A stretch of 64,000 bases of DNA from an uncultured Gammaproteobacteria bacterium (lineage in GTDB: Bacteria; Patescibacteriota; Microgenomatia; UBA8517). Position 1 is the first letter of the stretch, and every line of letters starts with the position of its first letter. Positions 28,647 through 38,683 of this stretch are shown piece by piece. The notes under the pieces were generated by a model. The model ran no database searches. It saw only the letters and a program-made list of their open reading frames with translations, and had not been told where the DNA came from. Where the stretch lies: NCBI GenBank assembly GCA_964502815.1, contig CAZCXV010000003.1, positions 4,694 through 68,693 of the forward strand. Direction: 5' to 3'. The translations under genes and the position numbers were made by a program.

Positions 28647-28699
28647 ATTGAAGATACTTCAAGAGCTTTAAATTTTTGTAAGTCTGCTAAAATAGAAAT

Positions 28700-29689
28700 A
28701 TGTTTGGACTTGGCAAAAAGAGAAGAGAAGAGCTGGAAGATTATCAAGAAGATATCCTGGAAAACGAAGAGAAGTTAAACCTTCCTGCAAGAAGAAAATT
28801 TCGGGATTTGAATCCTGAGAGTAGAAAAAGAAGAAAGGAGCCAATAAAGCCTTGGACAAAAAAAGAACGGTTGTTAGTTTTATCTTTACTTGCCTTGACA
28901 ATTATCTCCTCAGCTATTTTTGGCTTGTTGGCTAGAGATTGGAAGCTTCCGGGACTGCCTAAAATTAAATTTTCAGGTCTGAATTTATTTAGTGGAGAGA
29001 TAGTTTTAGTTAACAATAACAAAGTCAAAGGTCAACAATTAGCTGGTTATGAAAAAGTAACTAAAGATTTTGAAAATATAACCAATGACTTATCTGGGGT
29101 TTACGGGTTGTATGTGTATGAATTAAATAACGGTGGAGAATATGGTGTCAACCAAGACGAAATCTATGAAGCAGCATCTCTCATCAAGCTTCCTGTGATG
29201 ATTGCTTTGTACAAAAAAAAACCAGCAGGCTATAAAGAATTAGTGACTAGGATGGGTAAGAAAAGCGACAATGAAGCTTTTGGGACTGCTAGAAAAATCT
29301 TGGGAGATAAAACCATAAATACGGTAATGACAGAAATTGGCATGAACAACACTTCTTTGGAGGAGAATGAAACCAGCTTACAAGATATTGGATTGTTTTA
29401 TAGAAGACTATATAGAAATGAACTCTTGCCAGAAACTGAAACCAAGGAAATTTTAGCCAGTTTGACAGACACCATTTACGAGGAGCATCTGGTAAAGGGG
29501 ATTCCGGAAGACATTAAAGTTGCACATAAATATGGCAGAGAAGTGCATGTAGTAAATGATGCTGGTATTGTCTATGTAGATAATCCCTACATAGTAGTAA
29601 TAATGACTAAAGGAGTAATTGAATCAGAAGCGGATGAAATCTTTCCAGAATTATCAAAAATCATCTTTGACTTTGAAAGTAAAAACTAA
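28700..29689 (+). CDS. Membrane-anchored class A beta-lactamase-fold serine hydrolase (PBP-like)
   Basis: Charged cytoplasmic N-terminus and a TM helix. ASLIKLPV matches SxxK, and HKYG sits in place of the KTG motif. Confidence 0.55.
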   Translation: MFGLGKKRREELEDYQEDILENEEKLNLPARRKFRDLNPESRKRRKEPIKPWTKKERLLVLSLLALTIISSAIFGLLARDWKLPGLPKIKFSGLNLFSGEIVLVNNNKVKGQQLAGYEKVTKDFENITNDLSGVYGLYVYELNNGGEYGVNQDEIYEAASLIKLPVMIALYKKKPAGYKELVTRMGKKSDNEAFGTARKILGDKTINTVMTEIGMNNTSLEENETSLQDIGLFYRRLYRNELLPETETKEILASLTDTIYEEHLVKGIPEDIKVAHKYGREVHVVNDAGIVYVDNPYIVVIMTKGVIESEADEIFPELSKIIFDFESKN

Positions 29690-29720
29690 AAAACTTACCT
29701 TCAAGGTGTCACCCTGAAGA

Positions 29721-32090
29721 TTAAATTCCAGTACTGGCAGCTTCAGGAAGTATTTGGCCTGCCCCTATTGGTCTTATTGTTTTTTCTCTTTCTGCATTTA
29801 TCTTTTCAATAGTTTCTCTTCTACAAGCAAGTTTTGGCGCGGTTTCAATTGTAAACCATTCCGGTTTACTGCTACATCCCTGGCAAGGCAAGGTTCCTGT
29901 TAGGGGACAAATGGACAATTTTACAAGGCCTTCCGGAATTTGCCATTCTTTGCTTTCCTTGTCTACCAGAAGAGATGAGATTATTTTGTTCCAGATAGGT
30001 GAAGCTCCAGTTATTCCTGAAGCGACTCTACTCATAGGGGAATTGTCGTTGTTGCCCACCCAAACTGCCACTAAATAGTCCTGATTAAAGCCAAGGGTTA
30101 AATTATCTCTTAAGTCATTACTGGTCCCAGTTTTTACAGCAACTTCTGGATGTTTTGGAATAACCAAAGCTGAATTGGAACCAAAGGCTGGAGCTCTGGC
30201 GGAGTTATCCTTTAAAATGTCAATTAACTGAAAAGCAGTTCGTGGATCTAAAGTTTTTTTGTTTTCCGGTTTGTTTTCTTCCAAAATGTCTCCTTGGTAA
30301 TTTGTCACTTTGGTTATTTCATAAATCTTTGGAGTTTTACCGCCATTGGCAACTGTGGCAAAAACGCCCGCCAGTTCTGTCAATTTCACTTCTCCACCTC
30401 CAAGCGTTAGCGATAGACCGAATCTGGATCTATCTTTCCAACTGGTAATTCCCATTTTTTCTCCTAAATCAATCATGTTGGTGACTCCGTATGAATTTAA
30501 AATCTTGACGGCAGTAATATTTCTTGACTCTGCCAGAGAACTTCGAAGAGTTATTGCACCCCTAAACTTGCCATCGTAATTCTTGGGACTATAGGGAGTA
30601 GTTCCTGGAGTGATAAAAGTAATTGCCCTATCTTGGAGAATTGAGGCAGGGGTATATTTTCCAGAATCTAGGGCATAGGCATAGTTTAAAATCTTAATTG
30701 AGCTTCCAGGTTGTCTCAGTCGGGTGGTAACATTTACTTGGCCATCATTTTTGACGTCAAAGTAATCTTTTGAGCCAACCATGGCTAAGATCTCCCCATT
30801 TTTGGGATTGAGGACTAAACTGGCTCCATTTGTTACATGCAGTCTAGCAAGTTTGTCGACCTCGGCCTTGACGGCTTCCTCGGCTATTTTTTGAATGTTG
30901 TAATCTAAAGTTGTTTGGACTTCTAAGCCCCCTTTTTCCACCATTTCCTCGCCGTATTTTTCTACTAATTTTTCGCGGACGTGCATTACAAAGTGGGGGG
31001 CTTTGATATCGGTTCTGTTGTCTGCAAAAAGCAGTTTTTCTGCTTCCGCCTTGTCTACTTCTTCTTGGGAGAGATATTTATTTATAACCATCAGGCGAAG
31101 CACGTCTTTTTGTCTGGCAAGGGCTATTTCAGGACTTGAACCAAAAGGAGAGAATCTGGTAGGACTTTTTGGCAGTCCAGCAAGTAAAGCCGCCTCGCCA
31201 ATAGACAAGTCTTTAACTTTTTTTCCAAAATAGACTTCAGAAGCTTCTTCAATTCCGTAAGCACTGCCGCCGTAAGAAACTTCGTTTAAATACATTTCTA
31301 AAATTTCATCTTTGGAGTAGATAATTTCAGTTTCGATGGAAAGAATAATTTCACGCAGCTTTCTGATAAGTGTTTTTTCAGAAGAAAGAAGGGCATTTTT
31401 TACCAGTTGTTGGGTGATTGTTGAGCCTCCTGCCAGCTCGCCTTCGGTAGCGTTTCTGTAGATGGATCTAGTAATGCCTTTTATGGAAAACCCTGGATGG
31501 CTATAAAATTCGGCATCTTCTGCAGCCAGAGTTGCCAAGCGAACATGTATGGGGATTTCCTGAAGTTTAACTGGGGTTCTGTTTTTGTCTTTATAGATTT
31601 TATAAAGCAAAAGTCCGTTTCGGTCGTATATTTTAGTCGAGACTTCCTGCTTTCTGGTTGTCAGTTCCAGTGGAGAAGGAAGGTCTTTAAAGATAAAGAC
31701 ATAGACACCAAGAAAAATTATAAACACAAAAACAAGCGAAAAGAGAGAAAGAAAAGATAGGCGCTCTCTTTTTTTGGCTTTACGGAGTTTCTTCTTGATT
31801 TTAAATTTGGGAAGCTTTGGTAAGTGAATTTTTGGAAAAGAAGGAAGTTTAAAAATCTTCTTTTTTGTTTTCACTCTTTTTGGCAGTTTTAAGTTTTTGG
31901 CAACATTTACCCCAGAAGATATGGACCAATTAACTGCATGACCGATTTTAGAAATTAAAAGAAGGAAGCCTATAAGAGAGTATTCGATTAGCCAAAAAAA
32001 TGGTTTTCCAACAGAAATCAGTAAGCTCTGAAGAAGACTAAATAGATTTAAGTTGGTTTTGGATTTTTGTTTTCTTTTTTGCCTTGTCAT
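29721..32090 (-). CDS. Penicillin-binding protein 1A (bifunctional transglycosylase/transpeptidase), copy 1
   Basis: EDAEFYSHPGFS...GGSTITQQLVKN is the GT51 signature. QPGSSIK is the SxxK motif and there is a KTGT motif. Confidence 0.9.
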   Translation of the reverse strand: MTRQKRKQKSKTNLNLFSLLQSLLISVGKPFFWLIEYSLIGFLLLISKIGHAVNWSISSGVNVAKNLKLPKRVKTKKKIFKLPSFPKIHLPKLPKFKIKKKLRKAKKRERLSFLSLFSLVFVFIIFLGVYVFIFKDLPSPLELTTRKQEVSTKIYDRNGLLLYKIYKDKNRTPVKLQEIPIHVRLATLAAEDAEFYSHPGFSIKGITRSIYRNATEGELAGGSTITQQLVKNALLSSEKTLIRKLREIILSIETEIIYSKDEILEMYLNEVSYGGSAYGIEEASEVYFGKKVKDLSIGEAALLAGLPKSPTRFSPFGSSPEIALARQKDVLRLMVINKYLSQEEVDKAEAEKLLFADNRTDIKAPHFVMHVREKLVEKYGEEMVEKGGLEVQTTLDYNIQKIAEEAVKAEVDKLARLHVTNGASLVLNPKNGEILAMVGSKDYFDVKNDGQVNVTTRLRQPGSSIKILNYAYALDSGKYTPASILQDRAITFITPGTTPYSPKNYDGKFRGAITLRSSLAESRNITAVKILNSYGVTNMIDLGEKMGITSWKDRSRFGLSLTLGGGEVKLTELAGVFATVANGGKTPKIYEITKVTNYQGDILEENKPENKKTLDPRTAFQLIDILKDNSARAPAFGSNSALVIPKHPEVAVKTGTSNDLRDNLTLGFNQDYLVAVWVGNNDNSPMSRVASGITGASPIWNKIISSLLVDKESKEWQIPEGLVKLSICPLTGTLPCQGCSSKPEWFTIETAPKLACRRETIEKINAEREKTIRPIGAGQILPEAASTGI

Positions 32091-32175
32091 AATAACCTAT
32101 ATTGTAACCTCCAGATTTAAGAATTGGTAGAGGAAATTATGTAAAATTGCCAGGGTTTGCTAGAATCAACCAAAC

Positions 32176-33741
32176 ATGGATAAAGTGGAAGAAGTTTTGA
32201 TTAATCAAGAATATTTAAATCGGCTTGGTAAGGAACAACAAAGAATACTAGGAAATACCCCACAAGAACTTCGTGGCCAAAGAGAACAATCTATAAACAC
32301 TACATTTCAAACATTAAAAAATAGATTTTCGGATCTGGAGGAATTTGAATTTGGAGAGAGACAGCAGATTATTTTAAAGCTTAAGCTCACACGCTATTTT
32401 GAGAGGAAAGAGTCTATTGATACAGATACATTATTCGATGCTCTTATCGAAACTCCAAATTTCATAAATAAAGATAGGGGATCTCTTGATCATTTGTTTG
32501 AAGTCCACGAGCAAAAATTCCTGCAGAAAATTGCCGAGGCAAGAAAAAAGCGGGCTGAAATTGGCGATAAATCAGTTTCTAATCCTTGGGAGAATCTGTT
32601 TACTACCAAATCGGGTGATTACTATATGGCGAGACTTTTAAATATGCCTCATTTGGAAATGGAATCTGATTTTATGAAGCACTGTGTTAATACAAGTGAT
32701 TCATATATAAACCGCATGAAGCGGGGAGAAATTGAGATTCTTTCTTTTAGGCATGTGCCAACGATAAATCAAAAAACCAATAAACTTGAAGGAGATGTTC
32801 CTATTATGACAATTCAATATGACCTTAAAACTGGAGTTATTAGACAAATAAAAAAGGCTAAAAATGAATACCTTAATCCTAATGATCCTTATTTTGACGA
32901 TGTGATCGACGCTTTAAAACAATTAAGAACAACTAAAAGTGATACAGGGAAATTACGAGTGATTACAGAAATTTCCCCAAATGAATTGAAAAATGTAGAG
33001 GTTGAGGATTACTGTGTCCTAACTGAAAATGGATCAGTTCCGTTTCGCGAATTTGACCCAAATAGTGGAGTTTTTGTATTAAAAGCTGGTTCTATGAAAC
33101 TTACTCCTGATCTTTCAGAAAGTGATGTAGTAAAAATTGTTCACATATTAAAAGGAATTGATTATAAGCCTGAGGAGATAGTACAGGATTTCAAAAAAAT
33201 AATTCCTGGAACTACAAAATTATATCTTGGGCCAGTTTTTGAAGGAGTGTTTGACTTTCTATCTAAGGGAATTGATATATTTACCAGTTTCCCGGAAGGG
33301 AAATTTAGAGAAGTGGAGTTAACTGCTCAAGGAGAAGCTAATCTAAGTGATGTAGATGTTCCTGATTGGGTGAAAAATGATTTGCTTCCACAAGTTGAAT
33401 ATCCTGAAAAAGAAGTGACTCTTAGGTTGGTTATATTGACGCCTGGGCAAGTTGGATTTCCCAGTGGAACTACAGGAAAAGAATTTTTTAAAAAAGTAGA
33501 ATCATTAGGGGCTAAAAAATGCCCCGCTTTTGTAGGACCTCACTTAAGAGAGCAATATAAAGACCAGTCGGAAAGTGAATGGTTAACTATTGCTATGGAG
33601 CCAATGTCTGACGCCGACGGCGATCTATTTATGTTCTTCTTGCACCGCGAAGACCATGGCTTGTGGTTGGACTGCAATGTTGCCCATGAGATCGATCACT
33701 TGGATTCTGATAACACATTTGTCTTCTGTCTTGGCAAATAA
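32176..33741 (+). CDS. Hypothetical cytoplasmic protein (521 aa) between the two PBP1A paralogs
   Basis: No signal peptide and no recognisable motif. Confidence 0.4.
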   Translation: MDKVEEVLINQEYLNRLGKEQQRILGNTPQELRGQREQSINTTFQTLKNRFSDLEEFEFGERQQIILKLKLTRYFERKESIDTDTLFDALIETPNFINKDRGSLDHLFEVHEQKFLQKIAEARKKRAEIGDKSVSNPWENLFTTKSGDYYMARLLNMPHLEMESDFMKHCVNTSDSYINRMKRGEIEILSFRHVPTINQKTNKLEGDVPIMTIQYDLKTGVIRQIKKAKNEYLNPNDPYFDDVIDALKQLRTTKSDTGKLRVITEISPNELKNVEVEDYCVLTENGSVPFREFDPNSGVFVLKAGSMKLTPDLSESDVVKIVHILKGIDYKPEEIVQDFKKIIPGTTKLYLGPVFEGVFDFLSKGIDIFTSFPEGKFREVELTAQGEANLSDVDVPDWVKNDLLPQVEYPEKEVTLRLVILTPGQVGFPSGTTGKEFFKKVESLGAKKCPAFVGPHLREQYKDQSESEWLTIAMEPMSDADGDLFMFFLHREDHGLWLDCNVAHEIDHLDSDNTFVFCLGK

Positions 33742-33827
33742 TTTTGGTACTTTGTCCTTTTGATCCTTAGTTTTTTGCTAACACTGATGTTAGTTTGGTT
33801 TTGTTGTGTTTTTGATCGAGAAAATAT

Positions 33828-36059
33828 TTACTGTTGTTTTTGAATTTGCAGAGGATATCTAATGGTTGCCGATTCGGAAGCGATTGGACAATCTATACAA
33901 TATGTTGTTCCAAGCGGGTCTATATATACTAGGTGGTTTTCCAGATCATATTGCTCGGGGACTGCATTGGGGTTTCGAACTTGGGCTCTAGTATCTTTGT
34001 AGACTTTAATATCCTGATATTCAGTTCTTGCTCCAGTTCCTACTGTTCCTTCAATGAAATATTCAAATCTGGTAGGACAACCTGGGTTATCTTGCGCTCC
34101 TGATGGAGGAAGGCCAGTGGTGGCGCAAATTGTCGCCCCAACAACATTATCTGGCTGTGTTGGCCAGGCGTGACCTTCTTTTTCATACTTTGTCAGTGTT
34201 TCCTTGATTACTTTGTTCCAAATAGGGGAAGCGCCAGACACCCCAGAGACCGCACCGCTCATTGCCGAGCCGTCATTGTTTCCTACCCAAACTACTACTA
34301 CAGCATTTTTGGTAAAGCCTATTGTCCAATTGTCTTTTCGGTCATTTGTGGTACCGGTTTTGACGGCTACCTCAGGGTGGCCGATTACATTTAATTGTGA
34401 AGTTGTGCCAAATGCGGCCGATCTGGCATTATTGTCTAAAAGTATATGGGAAATTAAAAATGTTACCGATGAATCCAGAATTCTCTCTCCAGATAGATCA
34501 GTAATTTTATTTTCTTCAAGTACTTTTCCAGTATAGTCTTCAACTTTCAAGATTGCTTTTAGGGGTTGTTTTATACCGCCGTTGGCAAAAACTCCGAAAG
34601 CTTGAGCCATGTCAATTGGCCTGACCTCCCCGCCGCCTAAAGTTAGAGACAGGCCATATTTTGAGGGGTCTTCAAATGTGGTAATTCCCATTTGTCTTGA
34701 AAACTCAATAAAATTTTCCAAACCATTTAGGGCTAGAATTCTGACTGCCGGAATATTGTAGGAATTGCCTAAGGCAAATCTGGCTTGGGTAAGGCCGTGA
34801 AAACTGCCGTCATAGTTTACCGGGCAGTAAGCTGCTTGACCGCCGACTAAAAAGCAGGTAGGAATGTCTGCCAGAGCAGTTGCTAAGGTTATTTTTTCAT
34901 CTCTGATGGCAAGGGCATAGTTTAAAGGCTTAATTGAGCTTCCTGGTTGCCTTTTGGCTAGAGTGACATTTACCTTGCCATCTTCATCTTTAGCAAAATA
35001 ATCTTTTGAGCCAACCATGGCTAGAATTTCTCCAGTATCTGGCTTAGTAACAAGCGCAGCTCCGTTGCCTACTTTTTGCTTTTTTAATTTTCCGACTTCG
35101 GTAGCTACTGCATCCTGAGCGAAGTTTTGTAAATCAAGGTCCAGTGTGGTGGTTACACGTAGGCCCCCTTGCTCGACTAATCTTTCACCATATTTATCTG
35201 CCAACTGGTCTTTAATCCAAAGAGCAAAGTGGGGGGCTTGAGGAGCTTTTTGTTGGGCAAACTTCAAGCTTTCTTCTTTTGCCTTTTGGGCATCTTCTTT
35301 ATTTAAATACTCTTCTTCAACCATCCGATCTAAAACAAATTCCTGCCTTTTTTTGGCCAGTTCTGGATGGGCGCCAAAAGGGGAATAAGTGGATGGCCTT
35401 TGGGGGAGTCCTGCCAGGAAAGCTGCTTCGGCTAAGGAGAGATTCTTGGCATTTTTATTAAAGTAGAGTTCGCTTGCAGATTCCACACCGTAAGATGTTC
35501 CGCCATAGGGAATTTGATTTAGATAGTATTCAAGTATCTGATCTTTAGAGTAGATTGATTCAACTATCATAGAAAGAAAAAATTCCTGGATTTTTCTTTT
35601 GGGAGTCCTTTCTGGAGACAGAAGAGAATTTTTGACCAGTTGTTGGGTAATTGTTGAGCCACCTTCTAATTTTTTTTCAAAAACTATTTTATAGGCAGCT
35701 CTGGTTATGCCTGCAGGAGAAAAGCCGTGGTGTTTGTAAAAATCCTTGTCCTCAACGGCGATAGTCGCCTTTTTTACATTCTCTGGAATTTCATTAATTT
35801 TTAGAGGTGTACTTCTTTTGTCAACATAAATTTCATAGATCAGTTTGCCATTTCTATCAAAGAGCTTGGTTGAAACTGGTTGCCTATTTGAGATTTGAGT
35901 AGGAAGAGGCACTCCCCAAAAAAGCCAGATAAAAATTAGTAAAATTGGTCCCCAATAAATAAGCCTCTTAACAGACTTAGGATTTTTAACATCCAGCCCA
36001 GACTTGACTCTGTCCAAAAGCTTTCTTTTTCGGATTTTTGTTTCCTCTAGTGTTCCCAT
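33828..36059 (-). CDS. Penicillin-binding protein 1A, copy 2
   Basis: EDKDFYKHHGFS...GGSTITQQLVKN, QPGSSIK and KTGTTND. Confidence 0.9.
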   Translation of the reverse strand: MGTLEETKIRKRKLLDRVKSGLDVKNPKSVKRLIYWGPILLIFIWLFWGVPLPTQISNRQPVSTKLFDRNGKLIYEIYVDKRSTPLKINEIPENVKKATIAVEDKDFYKHHGFSPAGITRAAYKIVFEKKLEGGSTITQQLVKNSLLSPERTPKRKIQEFFLSMIVESIYSKDQILEYYLNQIPYGGTSYGVESASELYFNKNAKNLSLAEAAFLAGLPQRPSTYSPFGAHPELAKKRQEFVLDRMVEEEYLNKEDAQKAKEESLKFAQQKAPQAPHFALWIKDQLADKYGERLVEQGGLRVTTTLDLDLQNFAQDAVATEVGKLKKQKVGNGAALVTKPDTGEILAMVGSKDYFAKDEDGKVNVTLAKRQPGSSIKPLNYALAIRDEKITLATALADIPTCFLVGGQAAYCPVNYDGSFHGLTQARFALGNSYNIPAVRILALNGLENFIEFSRQMGITTFEDPSKYGLSLTLGGGEVRPIDMAQAFGVFANGGIKQPLKAILKVEDYTGKVLEENKITDLSGERILDSSVTFLISHILLDNNARSAAFGTTSQLNVIGHPEVAVKTGTTNDRKDNWTIGFTKNAVVVVWVGNNDGSAMSGAVSGVSGASPIWNKVIKETLTKYEKEGHAWPTQPDNVVGATICATTGLPPSGAQDNPGCPTRFEYFIEGTVGTGARTEYQDIKVYKDTRAQVRNPNAVPEQYDLENHLVYIDPLGTTYCIDCPIASESATIRYPLQIQKQQ

Positions 36060-36088
36060 GAATCTCTAAATTATACTATACTTATATT

Positions 36089-36577
36089 ATGACTTCTAAA
36101 AAGAAATTAAGGGGGAACAAAAATATGTTTCTGGTCTTTGTTTGTCTAGTGACTATTCTTGTTATTTTTGTTGGCTATTTTAGTTTTGTTAAAACTTATA
36201 ACAGGAAAAAAACAAACACACCCATTCCTATAGATGATCTGACTGCAAGCCAGGTCCAATTTGTCGACAAAGATCTACCTTCAGGACTTCCAACGGACTT
36301 TCCAATTTATCCAAATTCTACAGTGGATTCTTCGTGGGGTAGTGAAACTAAACAAACAAGAGGAATTTCATTCCTGCTTAAAACTGCAGATTCAGTAGAA
36401 AGTGTTAGCTCTTATTATAGGAAAAATCTGTTGGCTAATGGCTATAGAATTGACTCTGAATTTGAAAATAACGGGTCTTTGACTATTTCTTTTTCTAAAG
36501 AAAAAATAGTTGGCTTTATTGGGGTGACAAAGGCAGGTGAAACTAATATTTCCGTCACCCTGGGAGTTGAAATATGA
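36089..36577 (+). CDS. Hypothetical membrane-anchored protein
   Basis: N-terminal TM helix. Confidence 0.3.
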   Translation: MTSKKKLRGNKNMFLVFVCLVTILVIFVGYFSFVKTYNRKKTNTPIPIDDLTASQVQFVDKDLPSGLPTDFPIYPNSTVDSSWGSETKQTRGISFLLKTADSVESVSSYYRKNLLANGYRIDSEFENNGSLTISFSKEKIVGFIGVTKAGETNISVTLGVEI

Positions 36578-37245
36578 CAAAAGCTCTGCCAAAAACAAAA
36601 GAGATTTCTTTAAAGTATGTCGTCTCCTACTTTGCTTTTCTTCTTATTGTCTGGGGATTTTACAGGCAGCTTTTTCAACTTCCGGAAGAGATTGAAGAGG
36701 GTGTAATAAAACCAATCATTTGGCTCCTGCCGCTTTTTTGGGTTATCTTGCAAAAAGAAAAGAATAACTTAGCAAGTTTGGGAATAACTTTTAAAAATTT
36801 TTTCCCTTCAATCTATCTATCGTTAGGTTTGGGGGCAGTCTTTGTCATGGAGGCTGTTTTGATCCATTTTTTTAAATACGGGAGTTTAAATTTAAGCTCT
36901 ACAATTAGTTCGTCGGGCAAGCCTTTATTGTTTGCCTTAGGGTTATCTTTTTTAACGGCAGTCTCAGAAGAATTGGCGTTTAGAGGCTATATTTTTAGCC
37001 GGTTGGCAAATACTTTGAAAAGTGAGTTAGTGGCAAACACCCTTTCAAGTGGACTTTGGACTATCATTCATATTCCAATTGCAATTTTTGTTCTAAAATT
37101 GGATGTATGGTCGGCTTTTATTTACCTGGCACTGGTGATGATTTTTGGAGTAGGAGCAAGCTTTGTCTTTGCCAGGACCAAAAATATTTTCTCAGCAATA
37201 TTTTTGCATGTTCTCTGGCAATGGCCCTTGATTCTTTTTAAATAG
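36574..37245 (+). CDS. CPBP-family (CAAX/Abi) intramembrane metalloprotease
   Basis: VSEELAFRG matches EExxxR. An IIHIP His motif and an FLHVLW His motif are present. The protein is polytopic. Confidence 0.6.
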   Translation: MTKALPKTKEISLKYVVSYFAFLLIVWGFYRQLFQLPEEIEEGVIKPIIWLLPLFWVILQKEKNNLASLGITFKNFFPSIYLSLGLGAVFVMEAVLIHFFKYGSLNLSSTISSSGKPLLFALGLSFLTAVSEELAFRGYIFSRLANTLKSELVANTLSSGLWTIIHIPIAIFVLKLDVWSAFIYLALVMIFGVGASFVFARTKNIFSAIFLHVLWQWPLILFK

Positions 37246-37286
37246 TGATTTTTAAGGAGTTTGTATTTCCTCTGGGTTGACTGTAA

Positions 37287-37970
37287 GTGATCTATTTAGT
37301 ATCATTGCTCTGCCCCATGAATAAGCAAAGCTTGGCATTGTTGACTCACAAAGCAAAAGAACTTATAAAGATTGCGGTTCCTCTGACAGTTGGGGTGTTT
37401 ATTTTGGCAATTTCAATTTTTTCTTCATCTAAAGTAAAGTATGTTTTTGGTCAATCTACCACTCCAGCCCCAATTTTAGGACAAAAAGCCGAAGTTAACT
37501 ATCAGCTTCCCTTTGCGGGAAAAATAGAGCCAGACAGTTTTCTTTGGCCAGTAAAAGCGACCCGTGACAAAGTTTGGGTAATTGTGAGTATTGATCCTGT
37601 TAAGAAAGCGCGGGTATTGATTCTTTTGGCCAATAAAAGAATAGTTTTTGCCCAAAACTTAATGAATAGGGATAAATCAGAACTTTCGGTGTCAACTTTA
37701 ACAAAAGCAGAAAAGTATTTGGAAGAAGCAGTAAGCCTCGAGAAAGATGCCAGAAAGAAGGGAAGTGACACAAAGGCACTCCTGCCAGAAATTGCCATGT
37801 CTATCCTAAAGCACAGACAGCTTTTGGAGGAAATACTTCTTGCAGCTCCCGAGAATGCGAAACCAGTTATAGTAAAGACACTTGATGTCAACAAAAGACT
37901 TTTTAGTGATATAAAGATGTCCCTAAACTCCCAGGGCCTTGAAACTCCAGCTAGCCCGTTTGAAGAGTGA
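37287..37970 (+). CDS. Hypothetical secreted/membrane-anchored protein
   Basis: N-terminal hydrophobic segment. Confidence 0.3.
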   Translation: MIYLVSLLCPMNKQSLALLTHKAKELIKIAVPLTVGVFILAISIFSSSKVKYVFGQSTTPAPILGQKAEVNYQLPFAGKIEPDSFLWPVKATRDKVWVIVSIDPVKKARVLILLANKRIVFAQNLMNRDKSELSVSTLTKAEKYLEEAVSLEKDARKKGSDTKALLPEIAMSILKHRQLLEEILLAAPENAKPVIVKTLDVNKRLFSDIKMSLNSQGLETPASPFEE

Positions 37971-38187
37971 TTCTTTTATGTTTGTACAAATTTTATATCC
38001 TGACAAACTGACAAGTTTTGTTTCTGATTTGTATTGCAGTAAAAACCTTAAAGTTATACTCATATTATTTCCTCAAAAATTGCAACTATTGTGAAAACAT
38101 TGAGCCTGAGCTACCCGTGAAAGAAGATAATTTGATATAGTTTTTAGCACTTGACGCCCCAGATTTAGTGTTGCATTATGACTTCGT

Positions 38188-38203
38188 ACACTAATCCTAG
38201 TGT
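38188..38203 (+). promoter_or_regulatory. Candidate NrdR box (ACACTAATCCTAGTGT)
   Basis: 16-bp palindrome matching the acaCwAtATaTwGtgt-type NrdR operator. It lies 17 nt upstream of the nrdR ATG at 38220. A half-site TAGTGT lies 22 nt further upstream. Confidence 0.45.
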
Positions 38204-38219
38204 TTTTTGTTTTCATATT

Positions 38220-38678
38220 ATGAAATGTCCATTTTGTGCAGATGAAGAAAGCCAGGTTTTAGAGTCAAGGATAGTAGCTGATGGACACGAGATCAGAAGA
38301 CGAAGGCAATGCACTAAGTGCGAGAAGAGGTTTACAACTTATGAAGCAGTTAGAAATAATGCTTTGTGGGTTGTTAAAAAAGATGGCAAAAGAGAACCTT
38401 TTGACAGAGAAAAATTAAAACGAGGGATCTTAAGGTCCATCCAAAAGCGTCCAGTGTCTTTAGAGCTAGTTGAAGACATCGTCTTAGAGGTTGAAAGAGA
38501 ACTCTTGAGAAAAGAACATGAAGAGGTGGCCACTAAAACCATTGGCAATGCGGTTTTAAGAAGGCTCAAAAAGATCGACCGGGTGGCCTGGTTAAGGTTT
38601 GCCAGTGTTTACTTTGAATTTGAAGATTTGAGTGATTTTGAAAAACTTATTGAGGAAAATATAAAAATAAAAGATTAA
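38220..38678 (+). CDS. nrdR: Transcriptional repressor NrdR (start corrected from 38178)
   Basis: MKCPFCADEESQVLESR...RRRQCTKCEKRF zinc ribbon and an ATP-cone. The longer ORF start sits inside the NrdR box. Confidence 0.85.
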   Translation: MKCPFCADEESQVLESRIVADGHEIRRRRQCTKCEKRFTTYEAVRNNALWVVKKDGKREPFDREKLKRGILRSIQKRPVSLELVEDIVLEVERELLRKEHEEVATKTIGNAVLRRLKKIDRVAWLRFASVYFEFEDLSDFEKLIEENIKIKD

Positions 38679-38683
38679 CTAAA

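Noticed and set aside
38178-38219. Longer nrdR start (MTSYTNPSVFCFHIMKCPFC)
   Set aside because: The extension overlaps the NrdR operator and is not typical of NrdR N-termini, which begin at the zinc ribbon. I preferred the ATG at 38220.
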